Assembly: GCA_030599585.1 (NCBI GenBank)
Contig: JAUVNS010000015.1
Coordinates: 1 to 64,000 of the forward strand
DNA length: 64,000 bases
Reading direction: 5' to 3'
Source: Promethearchaeota archaeon
Lineage (GTDB): Archaea; Asgardarchaeota; Lokiarchaeia; Sigyniarchaeales; SOKP01
Shown: positions 10,270 through 22,296 of the stretch, piece after piece
How positions within the stretch are numbered: position 1 is the first letter of the stretch
Layout of the letters: every line of letters starts with the position of its first letter
Translations under genes and position numbers: made by a program
Notes under the pieces: model-generated
The model's input: the letters and a program-made list of their open reading frames with translations, nothing else
Database searches by the model: none
What the model was told of the DNA's origin: nothing

Positions 10270-10521
10270 ATGAATGAAATTCAAGAACTATATAAAAGGA
10301 AAATAAATATATCTTCTTCCCATCTTGATTTATTGGAAAGACTCTTTAAAAAAATCAATCTGAATATTAAAGGAAAGAGAGATGTGATGTATTCTGATAT
10401 TATTAACCTTATTGCAAGTGAAAATTATTGCGGAAAATTATACAATGAAATCATATTATGGTGTAACTACAATATTAGGCAAGGAAAATATTTTGCGATT
10501 ATCCCGGATATCTTTTTATAG
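10270..10521 (+). CDS. Hypothetical protein
   Basis: 83 aa ORF with upstream AAGGAG. Confidence 0.6.
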   Translation: MNEIQELYKRKINISSSHLDLLERLFKKINLNIKGKRDVMYSDIINLIASENYCGKLYNEIILWCNYNIRQGKYFAIIPDIFL

Positions 10522-10730
10522 TATTTCGATCAAAATTACTTTTTAAATCAAAAGATGCTGTAAAATCAAACTCTTATATGCTTAAGAAATGAAAACTAAA
10601 ATAAAGTTATAAATGCTTAATTATATTAATATTTAATAATATTATTTTATAAAGACCAGAGAGATATATTTAGTAATTAAAAAGTATTTAACGGTCAATA
10701 AAATAGTTTTGGATTAATGAGGTTCTTTCT

Positions 10731-11411
10731 ATGGTTCGTTGGACTGCAGATCATAATATTTATATAAAAATTCTTTACTGGGGTATGGGAGGCTCTGGAA
10801 AAACAACGATAGTAGACACATTGTACAGACTTACAAAGGAACAAAAAAAAGATATTACGCCAACTGGAAATCTAACTAAAATATCGATGGCAAGTGGGTC
10901 TACATTATATTTTGATCGTGGAATTTTTCAATCAACTAAACAGAACAAAGTATATTATCACGTTTATACTGTTGCTGGGCAAACTAGATTCTCTCCATTA
11001 AGAAAAAAGATTTTCAAGGGTACTGATGGAGTGATTTTCGTAGTTGATTCGCAAACTCACTTCTTTGAAGATAATATTGAATCATTAAAGGAATTAAAAA
11101 ACATTACTAGGGGGAAGTTAATTAAAGAAATTCCGCTTATAACTATGCTAAATAAACAAGATCTTAATGAAACTATTGGAGAAGAAGATTTTAAGCAAGT
11201 CCTCAAAGAAGAAAAGCTCTGGCATGAACCAGATCACGAGTTATATATCTGGAATCCTATAATATATAAAACTTGTGCATTGTACGAAAAGAAATTGGAC
11301 ATCTATAGAAGTTTCACCGAATGCGCGAGAAGAACGGGATTATATCAGATATATGGGGATGGAAAAGCACCCGTTGGTGATAATTTCAGTAGAGATATCC
11401 CAAAATTTTAA
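10731..11411 (+). CDS. Small GTPase, MglA-like
   Basis: G1 GMGGSGKTT, 'STLYFD', 'TVAGQ', 'GTDGVIFVVDS', G4 NKQD. Confidence 0.88.
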   Translation: MVRWTADHNIYIKILYWGMGGSGKTTIVDTLYRLTKEQKKDITPTGNLTKISMASGSTLYFDRGIFQSTKQNKVYYHVYTVAGQTRFSPLRKKIFKGTDGVIFVVDSQTHFFEDNIESLKELKNITRGKLIKEIPLITMLNKQDLNETIGEEDFKQVLKEEKLWHEPDHELYIWNPIIYKTCALYEKKLDIYRSFTECARRTGLYQIYGDGKAPVGDNFSRDIPKF

Positions 11412-11798
11412 ACTTTCTTATAGATTTTTAACCATTTTAACGATAATATATTTAATCCAATATTTTAATGATTTTAAATCTCTTTAAGATAGAAAATATC
11501 TAGTAGCTACGAAGGGTTTAGAGTTATTGAATAAATTAATAAAAATCTTTAAAGAACCTTACGTAAATAAAGTAAATAAAATTCATTATTTATTAGGAGT
11601 TCCCTACGGTTATAAAAATTCTATGAAAATAACTAATATACATGACCTATAAAAAATAGGAATGAAATATTATAGTTACATTGAGGATTATAAAAACCAA
11701 TAAATTCTAGATCTCAATTTGTTTTAATTTAATAATTTATATAAATTCTTCATCATTTTATATAATACTAAAGAATATTAACAGTTGAGTAAATAGAA

Positions 11799-11975
11799 AT
11801 GGGAGTGTATAATAGCATTAAGGAACAACTACCAAAACAATTTTCAATTTTTCAGTTAATCGGTATACTAGGAGTAGACTCACAGGAAGTTAGAAAAGTT
11901 CGAAATTTGTTAAAACAATTTCACAAACAAGGATTTATTAAAAGACTTTCTAAAAACATGTATGAAAAAATTTAG
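11799..11975 (+). CDS. Small winged-helix-like protein (58 aa, below ORF-track cutoff)
   Basis: MGVYNSIKEQLPKQFSIFQLIGILGVDSQEVRKVRNLLKQFHKQGFIKRLSKNMYEKI*; helix-helix-'GFIKR..KNMYE' wing pattern. Confidence 0.65.
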   Translation: MGVYNSIKEQLPKQFSIFQLIGILGVDSQEVRKVRNLLKQFHKQGFIKRLSKNMYEKI

Positions 11976-11985
11976 AAGAAATTTT

Positions 11986-12585
11986 TTAATTTGTTATACT
12001 CATTTTTAATGTTAATTCTGGAAATATGAATGTTATAACTCGATTAAATGCATCTAATATCCCTTTTCCTTTAGTTGCAATCGTTTTATTAGCAGAAATA
12101 TGTTTAAATTGATTTATATTTATCTTTTTTATAAATTCATGATCAGTTATTCCTTGATTCGATTCAAAATCAGTTTTATTTAATGAAATCACCATTGGTA
12201 AATTATATAAATCATTTTTAAACATTGTTTTAAGCTCATTCCACGATCTTAAATTGTGATGTAAGCAATGGGCTCGTGAATCAGCTACGAAAATCACTGC
12301 ATCTACTCCATTCAAAGTTGCTGGTCTGGTGCTTGCATAAAAATCTTGTCCGGTAGCAGAGTATATTAAAAATTTTAAACTCCATTCAGACCCTTTAAAC
12401 TGCAAAACGCCAAAATCAAAGAGCAGAGTTCTACCAACAGTACTATCAATTGAGTTTAAAGTATCTTCCTTGTTAAAATAGGAGAATAAATGCCTTATTG
12501 AGGTGGTTTTTCCTGACATAGCGGGGCCATAGTAAACGATCTTAACCTGTAATATTTTATTCTCATAATCATATATCACTGCCAA
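11986..12585 (-). CDS. MglA-family small GTPase
   Basis: 'KIVYYGPAMSGKTT', 'RTLLFDF', 'SATGQDFYASTR', 'GVDAVIFVADS', NKTD. Confidence 0.9.
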   Translation of the reverse strand: MAVIYDYENKILQVKIVYYGPAMSGKTTSIRHLFSYFNKEDTLNSIDSTVGRTLLFDFGVLQFKGSEWSLKFLIYSATGQDFYASTRPATLNGVDAVIFVADSRAHCLHHNLRSWNELKTMFKNDLYNLPMVISLNKTDFESNQGITDHEFIKKININQFKHISANKTIATKGKGILDAFNRVITFIFPELTLKMSITN

Positions 12586-13482
12586 TCACCCCCACAACGA
12601 TTGCATACTATCTAAAGCATTAACTTTTTTCCCATTCTCAATTAATGACGAAAAATCTTCCCCCCATTCTTTACATATAAATGATATTATTCTCTCAATA
12701 TGTGCGTAATCATAATCTATTGTTTCCATAAGCGTTTTACTTCCAATTTTTGTATTAATTTCAATATTATTTAATAAATTCAACCTAGACAATATAAAAA
12801 AAGCTCTCTTAGAACCAGAATAAAAATTTTGTATCTCCTTTTTAAAAATGTTACGCTTTAATTCTTCTTTTTCGACATCAAAATCCAATAGCATCTGCAG
12901 TAAATCTTCATCTATATTTTCAGCTTTAACTTTCTCAAAAAGAACCCGTTTCATTTTTGTAATAGATTTTTCAGTATCCTGAGATATTTTTTGTAAAACA
13001 TCTTTTTCAAAAGTAAGATCGAGTAACTTCCAATTTAACCCAATAAAATCTATTGAAACTGAATTTGAAAAAAAACTAATACTCAAGAAATGATTAATTT
13101 TCTTTTTAACGCTATTAATAAACTTTTGAATTCTTTCCTTTTGCTCTGGTATTTCAATTCCAATTAACCATGAATTAAAGTTTTCAAATTGGTTTAATGC
13201 TTTAAGTGCTACAGTTGTAGGACATCTTATATGTGTTCGTTGTGAATTATAATCGATATTTTCATTCGCAATTAAGCTTGTATATTCAATATCCGAAACA
13301 AAATCGGTGTAGAACACTAATTCTTTGCGGAAATGAATCAAGTCCGATATATCTATTATGAAATTATTAACATCCTCCGCTTCATTACCATATACAATTA
13401 TTGGTATTCTATTTAACAAACTATAAAGAATTAATGATGTATCTGGTGCTTTTAGTCTTTCTAGGAATTTAAAAAAACTCAT
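12586..13482 (-). CDS. Hypothetical protein with cDENN-like N-terminal region
   Basis: 'ILYSLLNRIPIIVYG...VNNFIIDISDLIHFR...WLIGI' resembles the cDENN core by eye; in an operon with roadblock and GTPase genes. Confidence 0.55.
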   Translation of the reverse strand: MSFFKFLERLKAPDTSLILYSLLNRIPIIVYGNEAEDVNNFIIDISDLIHFRKELVFYTDFVSDIEYTSLIANENIDYNSQRTHIRCPTTVALKALNQFENFNSWLIGIEIPEQKERIQKFINSVKKKINHFLSISFFSNSVSIDFIGLNWKLLDLTFEKDVLQKISQDTEKSITKMKRVLFEKVKAENIDEDLLQMLLDFDVEKEELKRNIFKKEIQNFYSGSKRAFFILSRLNLLNNIEINTKIGSKTLMETIDYDYAHIERIISFICKEWGEDFSSLIENGKKVNALDSMQSLWG

Positions 13483-13494
13483 TTTTTCACCTTA

Positions 13495-14499
13495 TTATTT
13501 AATAACTAATTCTCCAAGCATGCTCTTAATATCAAAAACATTCTGATTCTGAATCTCAGATGCTTGCTTGATGAGCTTACGTATCTTTGTCGAAAATTGA
13601 GGAAGTATTAACCTTATTAACCCTAGTTTTTGTCTGGATTTTCCTATCTCAGTGCTAAATATCGCTTTTCCCAAACCGTGAATAAATTGAAATTTATTTT
13701 CACAATCTAACAATATACTATCTGCATTCATCTTTTTTAGCAACCAAGCACAACGGTTTGCTGTTTGAAAAAGTGAATAACTCATCGCGGAGATATTATC
13801 TAAGTCATCTTCCTTATTCTCGGTTTGTTTTAAAATTTTAGAAGCTATAAACCCCCCCTCTATTGTAATGTAAGCAAATTTTAAATCTGGAATTGCAATA
13901 GAGAAATTATTCAAAACCTTTCTTAGCTCCATTGAGATACTTTCTGAAAGATTTAATGAAAATGAGGATACTCTGAAGTTTACGTCCTCATTCTCTTTCA
14001 CATCAAAACCATCAATTATGCTTTGAATCCGATGATCATCAAACTGAACTAAAGGGGGCTTAAAGGATTCACCCGAAGTAATTAATGTAGTTTTTATCTT
14101 TTTTAAGCATTCGTTGGTTTGTAAAAAAATACCCCCTAAGTTAGTGTTTGGCTGTGCAGTAATAGCTATAAAAAATTCGTGCTTATTATCAATGATCCCC
14201 TGTTGCTGGAGAATTCTATTTAAAGAATAATGTATTGGGCTATTGAGAGGAGCGATTAAAATTTTAGCTTTTTTTCCTTCTATTAAGATGTATTTCAAAT
14301 CATTTGGATGTAAATGTATTCCTACGTTAAATATAGCGCTGGTTGCAGAACTAACGTTGAAAATTTCATCCTTAGAAAACCAAACTCCAGCAGATTGAAT
14401 TGGATTTCCGTCTCTTTGAGTTAAAACTGCATTTTCTACTCCTTTTAGTTGTTTAATTTGATCGAGATGAATACCAATTTTTTCCTTTAAATCCATCAT
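13495..14499 (-). CDS. Tandem roadblock/LC7 (MglB-like) domain protein
   Basis: Two repeats: 'GVENAVLTQRDGNPIQS...SSATSAIF' and 'DLKFAYITIEGGFIAS...ISAMSYSLF', each ending 'LGxI'. Confidence 0.85.
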   Translation of the reverse strand: MMDLKEKIGIHLDQIKQLKGVENAVLTQRDGNPIQSAGVWFSKDEIFNVSSATSAIFNVGIHLHPNDLKYILIEGKKAKILIAPLNSPIHYSLNRILQQQGIIDNKHEFFIAITAQPNTNLGGIFLQTNECLKKIKTTLITSGESFKPPLVQFDDHRIQSIIDGFDVKENEDVNFRVSSFSLNLSESISMELRKVLNNFSIAIPDLKFAYITIEGGFIASKILKQTENKEDDLDNISAMSYSLFQTANRCAWLLKKMNADSILLDCENKFQFIHGLGKAIFSTEIGKSRQKLGLIRLILPQFSTKIRKLIKQASEIQNQNVFDIKSMLGELVIK

Positions 14500-14854
14500 T
14501 TTTCGGTCTGCTCTTTATTATTTTAGTATTTTTTAATCTTAACATAGATTTTTAAACTACGATTATTTGTTGAAGAATACTTCGAAAAACCAGAAAAATG
14601 AAAAAATTTAAAATATATCCTACTTATATAATAGTATAACAATTCGCATCTCTACCGGTGTGAGCTTGGATTACGGTACGATACCGTTAAATGAAAAGTC
14701 ATTTCATTGATGCGATATAAAAAATGTAGTTATAATCTAATCCATTATAACTGAAGGAAGTTTAATTAAGAATCCTAATGTAAGTGAGAATTTGAGAAAA
14801 TAAAAAATTCCAAATTTAAGTAATAACTATGTTATTGCGACAAATAAAATAATT

Positions 14855-16346
<1,492 letters not shown>

Positions 16347-16414
16347 TTTTTAACTACTTCAACATATTCTAATTTTACAAGGGTTCTCAATTAACTTTTA
16401 ATCTTTTTTTATTA

Positions 16415-16516
16415 GGGCCTGTAGATCAGTAGCAGATCGCTTGACGCATAATAAACTTTTAGTTTAGTGCAAGAATTGCACTCAAGAGGCCACGGGTTCA
16501 ATTCCCGTCAGGTCCA
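16415..16516 (+). tRNA. tRNA-Ala(TGC) with 30-nt intron at 32/33 (16446..16475)
   Basis: GGGCCTG/CAGGTCC acceptor; BHB-type CTTG AC^G...CAAG AA^T; mature loop CT-TGC-AC. Confidence 0.88.
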
Positions 16517-16844
16517 CTTAATATTTGCTAGAAACAAACAACTACAAAATCTGCCAATCAAAATAAAACCGTGCAATTACTAATTTTAAATGAAAAATAC
16601 TAAATTCTTAGTAAATTCAAATAGAATAGAAAAAAATCAGAAATTTTTTTAACATACATTATATTTTATAAAATAACAATATGACGTTAAAAAGCTATTT
16701 TTTACTGTTTTTACTATTTATCTTTCAAACAGATTTGAGCCCAGAGCAAGAAGCATTTAATTTTATTTTAGTCCTTTTAGGGATCTTATTGTTAATAATA
16801 ATCTTAGTCTATATTTTGTTAACTTCCAAGCAAGATTGATTGTT

Positions 16845-18056
16845 TTATTTAGCAGTAACAATTTTAATAATATCCTTATGTTTTAACTCATAATTTTCTC
16901 CTAGCCTTCTCTTTGTTCTGGCATCGATCCCAAAAATGAAGTGATCTGCTAAATCAGTATGAATTTTATCCCTAACAAAATCTCTTAATAATGTGCCTTT
17001 TTTAACCAAAAATGCATCAGGTAAAACATTCCCCTTATTATCTGAATATTTATTAATATCGGAGATTGGGTAAACACAAATTTGGTTCAATATTGAAAAT
17101 ACCGTAAAATTTAGTGCTGCTTGAACACCCGTTTCACTAAATGGTTTAATTATCTTCTCTTGAATGTTTATTAATCCTTTCAATTCATTTTGGTTGAATC
17201 CTTCATTATTTAAAATTCTAAAACTATCTGACCCAGGTATGTATTCGATTTTCTTTTCTTGGTGATAAGTTCTTAAAAAATATTCTGCTAAAGCACTACA
17301 AGGTATTATTTTCTCCGCATATTTATTCTTTAATCTATTGAAGTTTTCCATCCCATTCTCTCTATCAATTTTATTTGCTACTATGACTATAGGTTTTGAT
17401 TTTTCTCTTAAAATTTTAGAAAAATTTAAAAGGTCTTTTTCTGACCATAATGATGGATTTAGTTCTTCTAAACCAGAATTTTTTAGCGCTTGAATGATTC
17501 CTCTTCTACTAACCTTTATACCAGAAAGCCTTTTATAGAGTTCTTCAACAAATGTTTTTTTTTCCCGCGCATGTGATTTCAGGAATTTTTCCCAGTCCTC
17601 TCTTTCTAATATCTGTTTAAACCAGAGATTAATCTCTTTTTCTAGAAATAAAATATCATCGTAAGGATCATTTTCACCCATTTTTATTCTTTTACCCGTT
17701 TCATCTAAAGACCCACTAATATCGATTATATGAATAAGCGCATCTGCTCTAATTAAATCGTTAAGGAATTGATTTCCTAACCCTTTTCCTTTATGAGCAT
17801 CTGGAACCAATCCCGCTACATCGAGTACATTTATAGGAATAAAACGATCCCCCTTAACACAGTAAGAATTTTTGGGGTTATCGTCAACACTCAAATCTTG
17901 ACAGACACATTTCGTTTTTATGTATGCTACGCCTTTATTTGGTTCTATCGTAGTAAAAGGTAACTCACTTACCTTAGCATTAGTTAAACAAGCGGCATTT
18001 AAAAAAGTCGACTTTCCTGCACTTGGTTTCCCAACAATACCTATTAAAAAAGTCAT
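16845..18056 (-). CDS. Archaeal YchF/Obg-family GTPase/ATPase with TGS domain
   Basis: GKPSAGKST, 'PFTTIEPN', 'DVAGLVPDAHKGKGLGNQFL', NKID, 'IHTDL'. Confidence 0.92.
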   Translation of the reverse strand: MTFLIGIVGKPSAGKSTFLNAACLTNAKVSELPFTTIEPNKGVAYIKTKCVCQDLSVDDNPKNSYCVKGDRFIPINVLDVAGLVPDAHKGKGLGNQFLNDLIRADALIHIIDISGSLDETGKRIKMGENDPYDDILFLEKEINLWFKQILEREDWEKFLKSHAREKKTFVEELYKRLSGIKVSRRGIIQALKNSGLEELNPSLWSEKDLLNFSKILREKSKPIVIVANKIDRENGMENFNRLKNKYAEKIIPCSALAEYFLRTYHQEKKIEYIPGSDSFRILNNEGFNQNELKGLINIQEKIIKPFSETGVQAALNFTVFSILNQICVYPISDINKYSDNKGNVLPDAFLVKKGTLLRDFVRDKIHTDLADHFIFGIDARTKRRLGENYELKHKDIIKIVTAK

Positions 18057-18088
18057 TAATGAGTAAAAGAATTTTATTGTCTTAAAAA

Positions 18089-19855
18089 TTATTTGTGTTT
18101 TTCCTGATCCATGTATAACTTCTTGATGTAGACATCAAAATCGCAATTTTCATCAGCGTTAACGACATCAACTAAATCGCTGTGAATTGATTGATCTAAG
18201 TCATCAACTTCTTTAGAACTCATATCTTTATCGTTTTTAAGTCTATTTCTAAAAGATTTTATTTGCAAAATCGTTTTAAATATCAAAACTTTAATCTTAC
18301 TCTCATTAAGTACGACAGGGTTATTAGATTTGTGAGTATCGAACGATGTTAAATCGGAATTCCTTTGTTGTTTATCGAAAATCACCTCGTTTTTTCTATG
18401 TATCTCTGAAACTGTTAAAGGGTTCCGTTTTATGTAAGGAACTCCAAGTAGAAACGGTTCCTTTATTGAATTTACGCGGATAATGCATTGCCCTTCATCT
18501 ATTATAGATAAATAATTTTTCTTTTCAGATTCTAAATTTAAAAGTTCACACATGATGTCTTTTTCTATATGATTTTTGAAAGTTAATACTACACCATTAT
18601 TCGCTAATATCTCCTTACTAATATTTGGACGCGTTGCTATGGTTATTAAACATTCTCCTGTACCTCTCTGCAGTAGAGCAATGTCTTCTAAATAACTTGT
18701 TAATTTTGACTTTTTTGTTAAACCTTGAGGCGCAAAATATTGTGCATCTTCAATTATAGTGATATGATTTATTCCAGCATAATTATTTGCTCCTCTGGTT
18801 AGATTTCGATCCCATAAATACTTTAAAACCATGTTTAAAAAGAATAGTGCATCTTCCTTTTCTCCTCCTAACCGGATGATAGAACTCAAGTCTAAAATAA
18901 CTTTCCTATTAAAGAGCTGTGATACTGTGAGTTTAGAATTCGAATCAAAGACAGCTCTCATTGGCCCAATAGAGAATCTCCTAATTCTATTATTTAAACT
19001 AATAAGCGTTTGTTTTAGCATAGGAATTTTATCCCTTTCTTTTTTAAGATAATCGCCACAACACTCTTGAAAACCTTCCCAACTCCTGAAATCTTTGTTT
19101 TCACACACTTTTGTAAGGATATCAATTAGAACTCTTTCCATTTGAGGTGAATATTCCGCATTATCGCCTAAAAATTGACCACTTCTAATTATATCAAAAA
19201 TTCTTTCAGCATGGATATTTGGATTAGCTCCCAAGGGATCGAATAAATTTATCGAAAAATTTTCACCTGGCCAAAGAACTATTAAGTCCTTTATGTGTTC
19301 CTGCAAAAAGTGATACTCTCCCTTAAATTCTACTAAAAAAAAAGGTTTTTTAAATTGTTTCGTAATGTTGATGAGAAAATTTTGCATAAAATTGCTTTTT
19401 CCCGTACCTGTTGAACCACAAATAAACATATGTTTTTCAAGATCATTGAATGATAAAAAAAAATTGAACTTCTTAGAGGTTCCTTTTAAGATTCTTCCAA
19501 TTTTAATAGATCCATCCTTTGAAGCTTTAAATGAAGGAATCTCTAGTTCGATTAATGATTTGTCAATCTTGAAGCAATTTAGTAAATAAAGGATGATGGA
19601 AACACAGAATAAGATAACAGTAAGATTAAAACTAACTACTTCAATAATATAATAATTAAAGTTTTCTAACACATAATCAGAATCCTGCAAAAGAAACAGA
19701 GGAAACTCGGATAATAAAAAAAAGATTGTTACGAAAAATCCTACTAATATAAAGGATTTGATCTTGAAGGAAGTATAACCTCTCTTCTTATAGAAATAAT
19801 ACACTAAGTTAATAGTAAGGCAAATTGATGTTAAAATAAAAAAACTACTAAACAT
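18089..19855 (-). CDS. Membrane-anchored HerA/VirB4-like ATPase (DUF87)
   Basis: About three N-terminal TMs, 'HMFICGSTGTGKS', 'EFKGEY', 'ILDLS', 'IIEDAQ', 'ATRP'. Confidence 0.8.
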   Translation of the reverse strand: MFSSFFILTSICLTINLVYYFYKKRGYTSFKIKSFILVGFFVTIFFLLSEFPLFLLQDSDYVLENFNYYIIEVVSFNLTVILFCVSIILYLLNCFKIDKSLIELEIPSFKASKDGSIKIGRILKGTSKKFNFFLSFNDLEKHMFICGSTGTGKSNFMQNFLINITKQFKKPFFLVEFKGEYHFLQEHIKDLIVLWPGENFSINLFDPLGANPNIHAERIFDIIRSGQFLGDNAEYSPQMERVLIDILTKVCENKDFRSWEGFQECCGDYLKKERDKIPMLKQTLISLNNRIRRFSIGPMRAVFDSNSKLTVSQLFNRKVILDLSSIIRLGGEKEDALFFLNMVLKYLWDRNLTRGANNYAGINHITIIEDAQYFAPQGLTKKSKLTSYLEDIALLQRGTGECLITIATRPNISKEILANNGVVLTFKNHIEKDIMCELLNLESEKKNYLSIIDEGQCIIRVNSIKEPFLLGVPYIKRNPLTVSEIHRKNEVIFDKQQRNSDLTSFDTHKSNNPVVLNESKIKVLIFKTILQIKSFRNRLKNDKDMSSKEVDDLDQSIHSDLVDVVNADENCDFDVYIKKLYMDQEKHK

Positions 19856-20182
19856 TGAAAATTTGTTTGATTAAGAAGTTTTAAACTACACATACTTTTA
19901 AGAATGATAAAAATCGTAAAAAATTCAACAAAGTTATTAAGCTAAATCAGCCGTCATTTGAATTGCCCTTTTATAGCAATTAATATTCCAGTTATTAAAT
20001 TTAGAAGAAAATAATTAATTTAACAAGAAAACCCTAATATTTTCTAGACTCATTATAACTTTCCATCTTAGAAACTTTGATAAAATTATTTTTCGAAAAC
20101 TTTTTTAGTTTTATGACTTAGAGATCATTATATAATTAATAAATAATAACTAACTAAAATATCGAAATAAAGTGATTTTAAA

Positions 20183-21784
20183 ATGGCACAGTTATCCGGG
20201 GTACCTATCCTTATCTTAAAAGAAGGTTCAGAAAGAAAACAAGGAAAGGATGCCCAAAGAAATAATATTGCTGCAGCTAAAGCCGTAGCAGAAGCCGTAA
20301 GAACCACCCTAGGTCCAAAAGGAATGGATAAAATGCTCGTTGATTCATTAGGAGATGTCACAATTACAAACGACGGAGCAACGATTCTTGATACTATTGA
20401 TGTCGAACATCCCGCCGCAAAAATGATTGTAGAGGTAGCTAAAACTCAAGATGATAAAGTTGGAGATGGAACAACCACAAGCGTAATTATTGCTGGAGAA
20501 TTATTAAATCTTGCTGAAGAATTAATAGAACAATCCGTACACCCATCTATAATTTTCAGAGGTTATCGAAAAGCTTTAGTAAAATCTAAGCAAATTTTAC
20601 AAGATTTAGCGATAAAAATTGAAAGTAATGACACTAAAACTCTATTAAAAGTAGCAGAGACCTCAATGAATAGCAAATTGATTGCTGGCGTTAAAAATCA
20701 TTTTGCTACTATCGCAGTTAGAGCGGTAAGTCAGATTAAAGAGGAAAGAGGTGGAAAAACCTTGATAGATCTAGATCAAATTCAAATTATCAAAAAAGCG
20801 GGAAAAAGCTTACTAGATACTAATATTATCGATGGGATCATTGTCGATAAAGAAATCGTGCATCCTATGATGCCAAGATCTCTTAGAAACGCGAAGATTG
20901 CGCTAATCAGTTCTTCTCTTGAGGTGGAAAAAACGGAATTTGATGCTGAAATTAGAATACAAACACCTGATCAAATAAATAAATTCCTCGAAGAAGAATC
21001 TAATATGTTAAAGTCTCGGGTAAATAAACTTAAGGATGTTGGAGCAACTGTTGTTTTTTGTCAGAAAGGCATTGACGATAAAGCTCAAAACTTTCTCGCT
21101 CAAGAAAACATCATAACCATCCGTAGAGTTAAACGTTCTGATATGGAGAAACTTGCTCGAGCTACAGGTGCAAAAATAATAAACAATATCTTTGATATTA
21201 CAAGCGACGATTTAGGAAAAGCCGGGAAAGTAGAAGAAAAGAAAATTAGTGAGGATAATATGATTTTCGTTTCAGAATGTGACGATCCCAAAGCAGTCAG
21301 CATTTTAATAAGAGCAGGCATTGAACATGTAGTCGATGAGGCAGAACGGATGCTTCACGATGCTTTATCTGTAGTAAGAGCTGCGATTGAAAACCCATAT
21401 ATTTTACCTGGGGGGGGCGCTTCTGAAATTGAGCTTGCTAAGCGCTTGAGAGCTTATGCACAGTCAATTGGAGGAAGAGAACAATTAGCAATTGAAATTT
21501 ATGCTAACGCCTTAGAAATTATACCCAAAACTTTGGTTGAAAATGCGGGTTATAATCCTGTTGATTTGATAGTAGAATTACGCTCAAAACACGAATTAGA
21601 ATCTGGAAACTCGTATGGAATAAATATGCTCTTAGGAAAACCTGATAACATGGAAAATCTGGGTATCATCGAGCCGTTGATGGTATTATCTCAAGCTATT
21701 CAATCAGCTACAGAAGTAGCTTCAATGATTTTAAAAATAGACGATGTAATCGCTGCTTCCGGACTCTCAAAGGGTCACGGCTAA
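20183..21784 (+). CDS. ths: Thermosome (group II chaperonin) subunit
   Basis: '[11 protein letters not shown]', 'TNDGATIL', 'GDGTTT', 'LKIDDVI'. Confidence 0.97.
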   Translation: MAQLSGVPILILKEGSERKQGKDAQRNNIAAAKAVAEAVRTTLGPKGMDKMLVDSLGDVTITNDGATILDTIDVEHPAAKMIVEVAKTQDDKVGDGTTTSVIIAGELLNLAEELIEQSVHPSIIFRGYRKALVKSKQILQDLAIKIESNDTKTLLKVAETSMNSKLIAGVKNHFATIAVRAVSQIKEERGGKTLIDLDQIQIIKKAGKSLLDTNIIDGIIVDKEIVHPMMPRSLRNAKIALISSSLEVEKTEFDAEIRIQTPDQINKFLEEESNMLKSRVNKLKDVGATVVFCQKGIDDKAQNFLAQENIITIRRVKRSDMEKLARATGAKIINNIFDITSDDLGKAGKVEEKKISEDNMIFVSECDDPKAVSILIRAGIEHVVDEAERMLHDALSVVRAAIENPYILPGGGASEIELAKRLRAYAQSIGGREQLAIEIYANALEIIPKTLVENAGYNPVDLIVELRSKHELESGNSYGINMLLGKPDNMENLGIIEPLMVLSQAIQSATEVASMILKIDDVIAASGLSKGHG

Positions 21785-21834
21785 TAATCAAATTTCTTTT
21801 TCTTTTTTTTTAATCCAAATTTTAAAAATATCTG

Positions 21835-22296
21835 TTAAAAATTGTTTATCCTTTTAAATTCAGCCCCCCAAGAGAATTTAGAGAGAATTAAATCGGCATG
21901 TTCACCATAATTTGTAATATATAATGCTGCTGCCAAAGCCTCAGCTGAACTTAATTTTTCCCACTTGCCATAATTTACGGGATTTGAAGCAATTAATGAA
22001 GGTAATTTCCTCCCATTCTGTAAATTGAGATTCTTAAGATTTAAAATTTTTTTCCAAGAACAATCTACAACTATAAGACCATAGCTCTCAATAATATCCC
22101 GATCGCTAATATTTATCGTTTTGTAAGATAGAGGATTTAGAATAACAGAGTTACGGCTCTTTCCTTTAATGTCAGAAACGATTTCTAAAATACCGAATTT
22201 CTTTAATTTTAGAGCTGTGCACTTTTTTCTATCACACTGATTAAGGTGAAGACACACCAGCTTCGGAATGGATTCCTTTGAACTCTGTTTAGTCAT
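21835..22296 (-). CDS. tsr3: rRNA aminocarboxypropyltransferase Tsr3
   Basis: 'QCDRKKCTALKL', 'DCSW', 'RKLPSLIASNPVNYG', 'LSSAEALAAALY', 'FSWG'. Confidence 0.93.
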   Translation of the reverse strand: MTKQSSKESIPKLVCLHLNQCDRKKCTALKLKKFGILEIVSDIKGKSRNSVILNPLSYKTINISDRDIIESYGLIVVDCSWKKILNLKNLNLQNGRKLPSLIASNPVNYGKWEKLSSAEALAAALYITNYGEHADLILSKFSWGAEFKRINNF

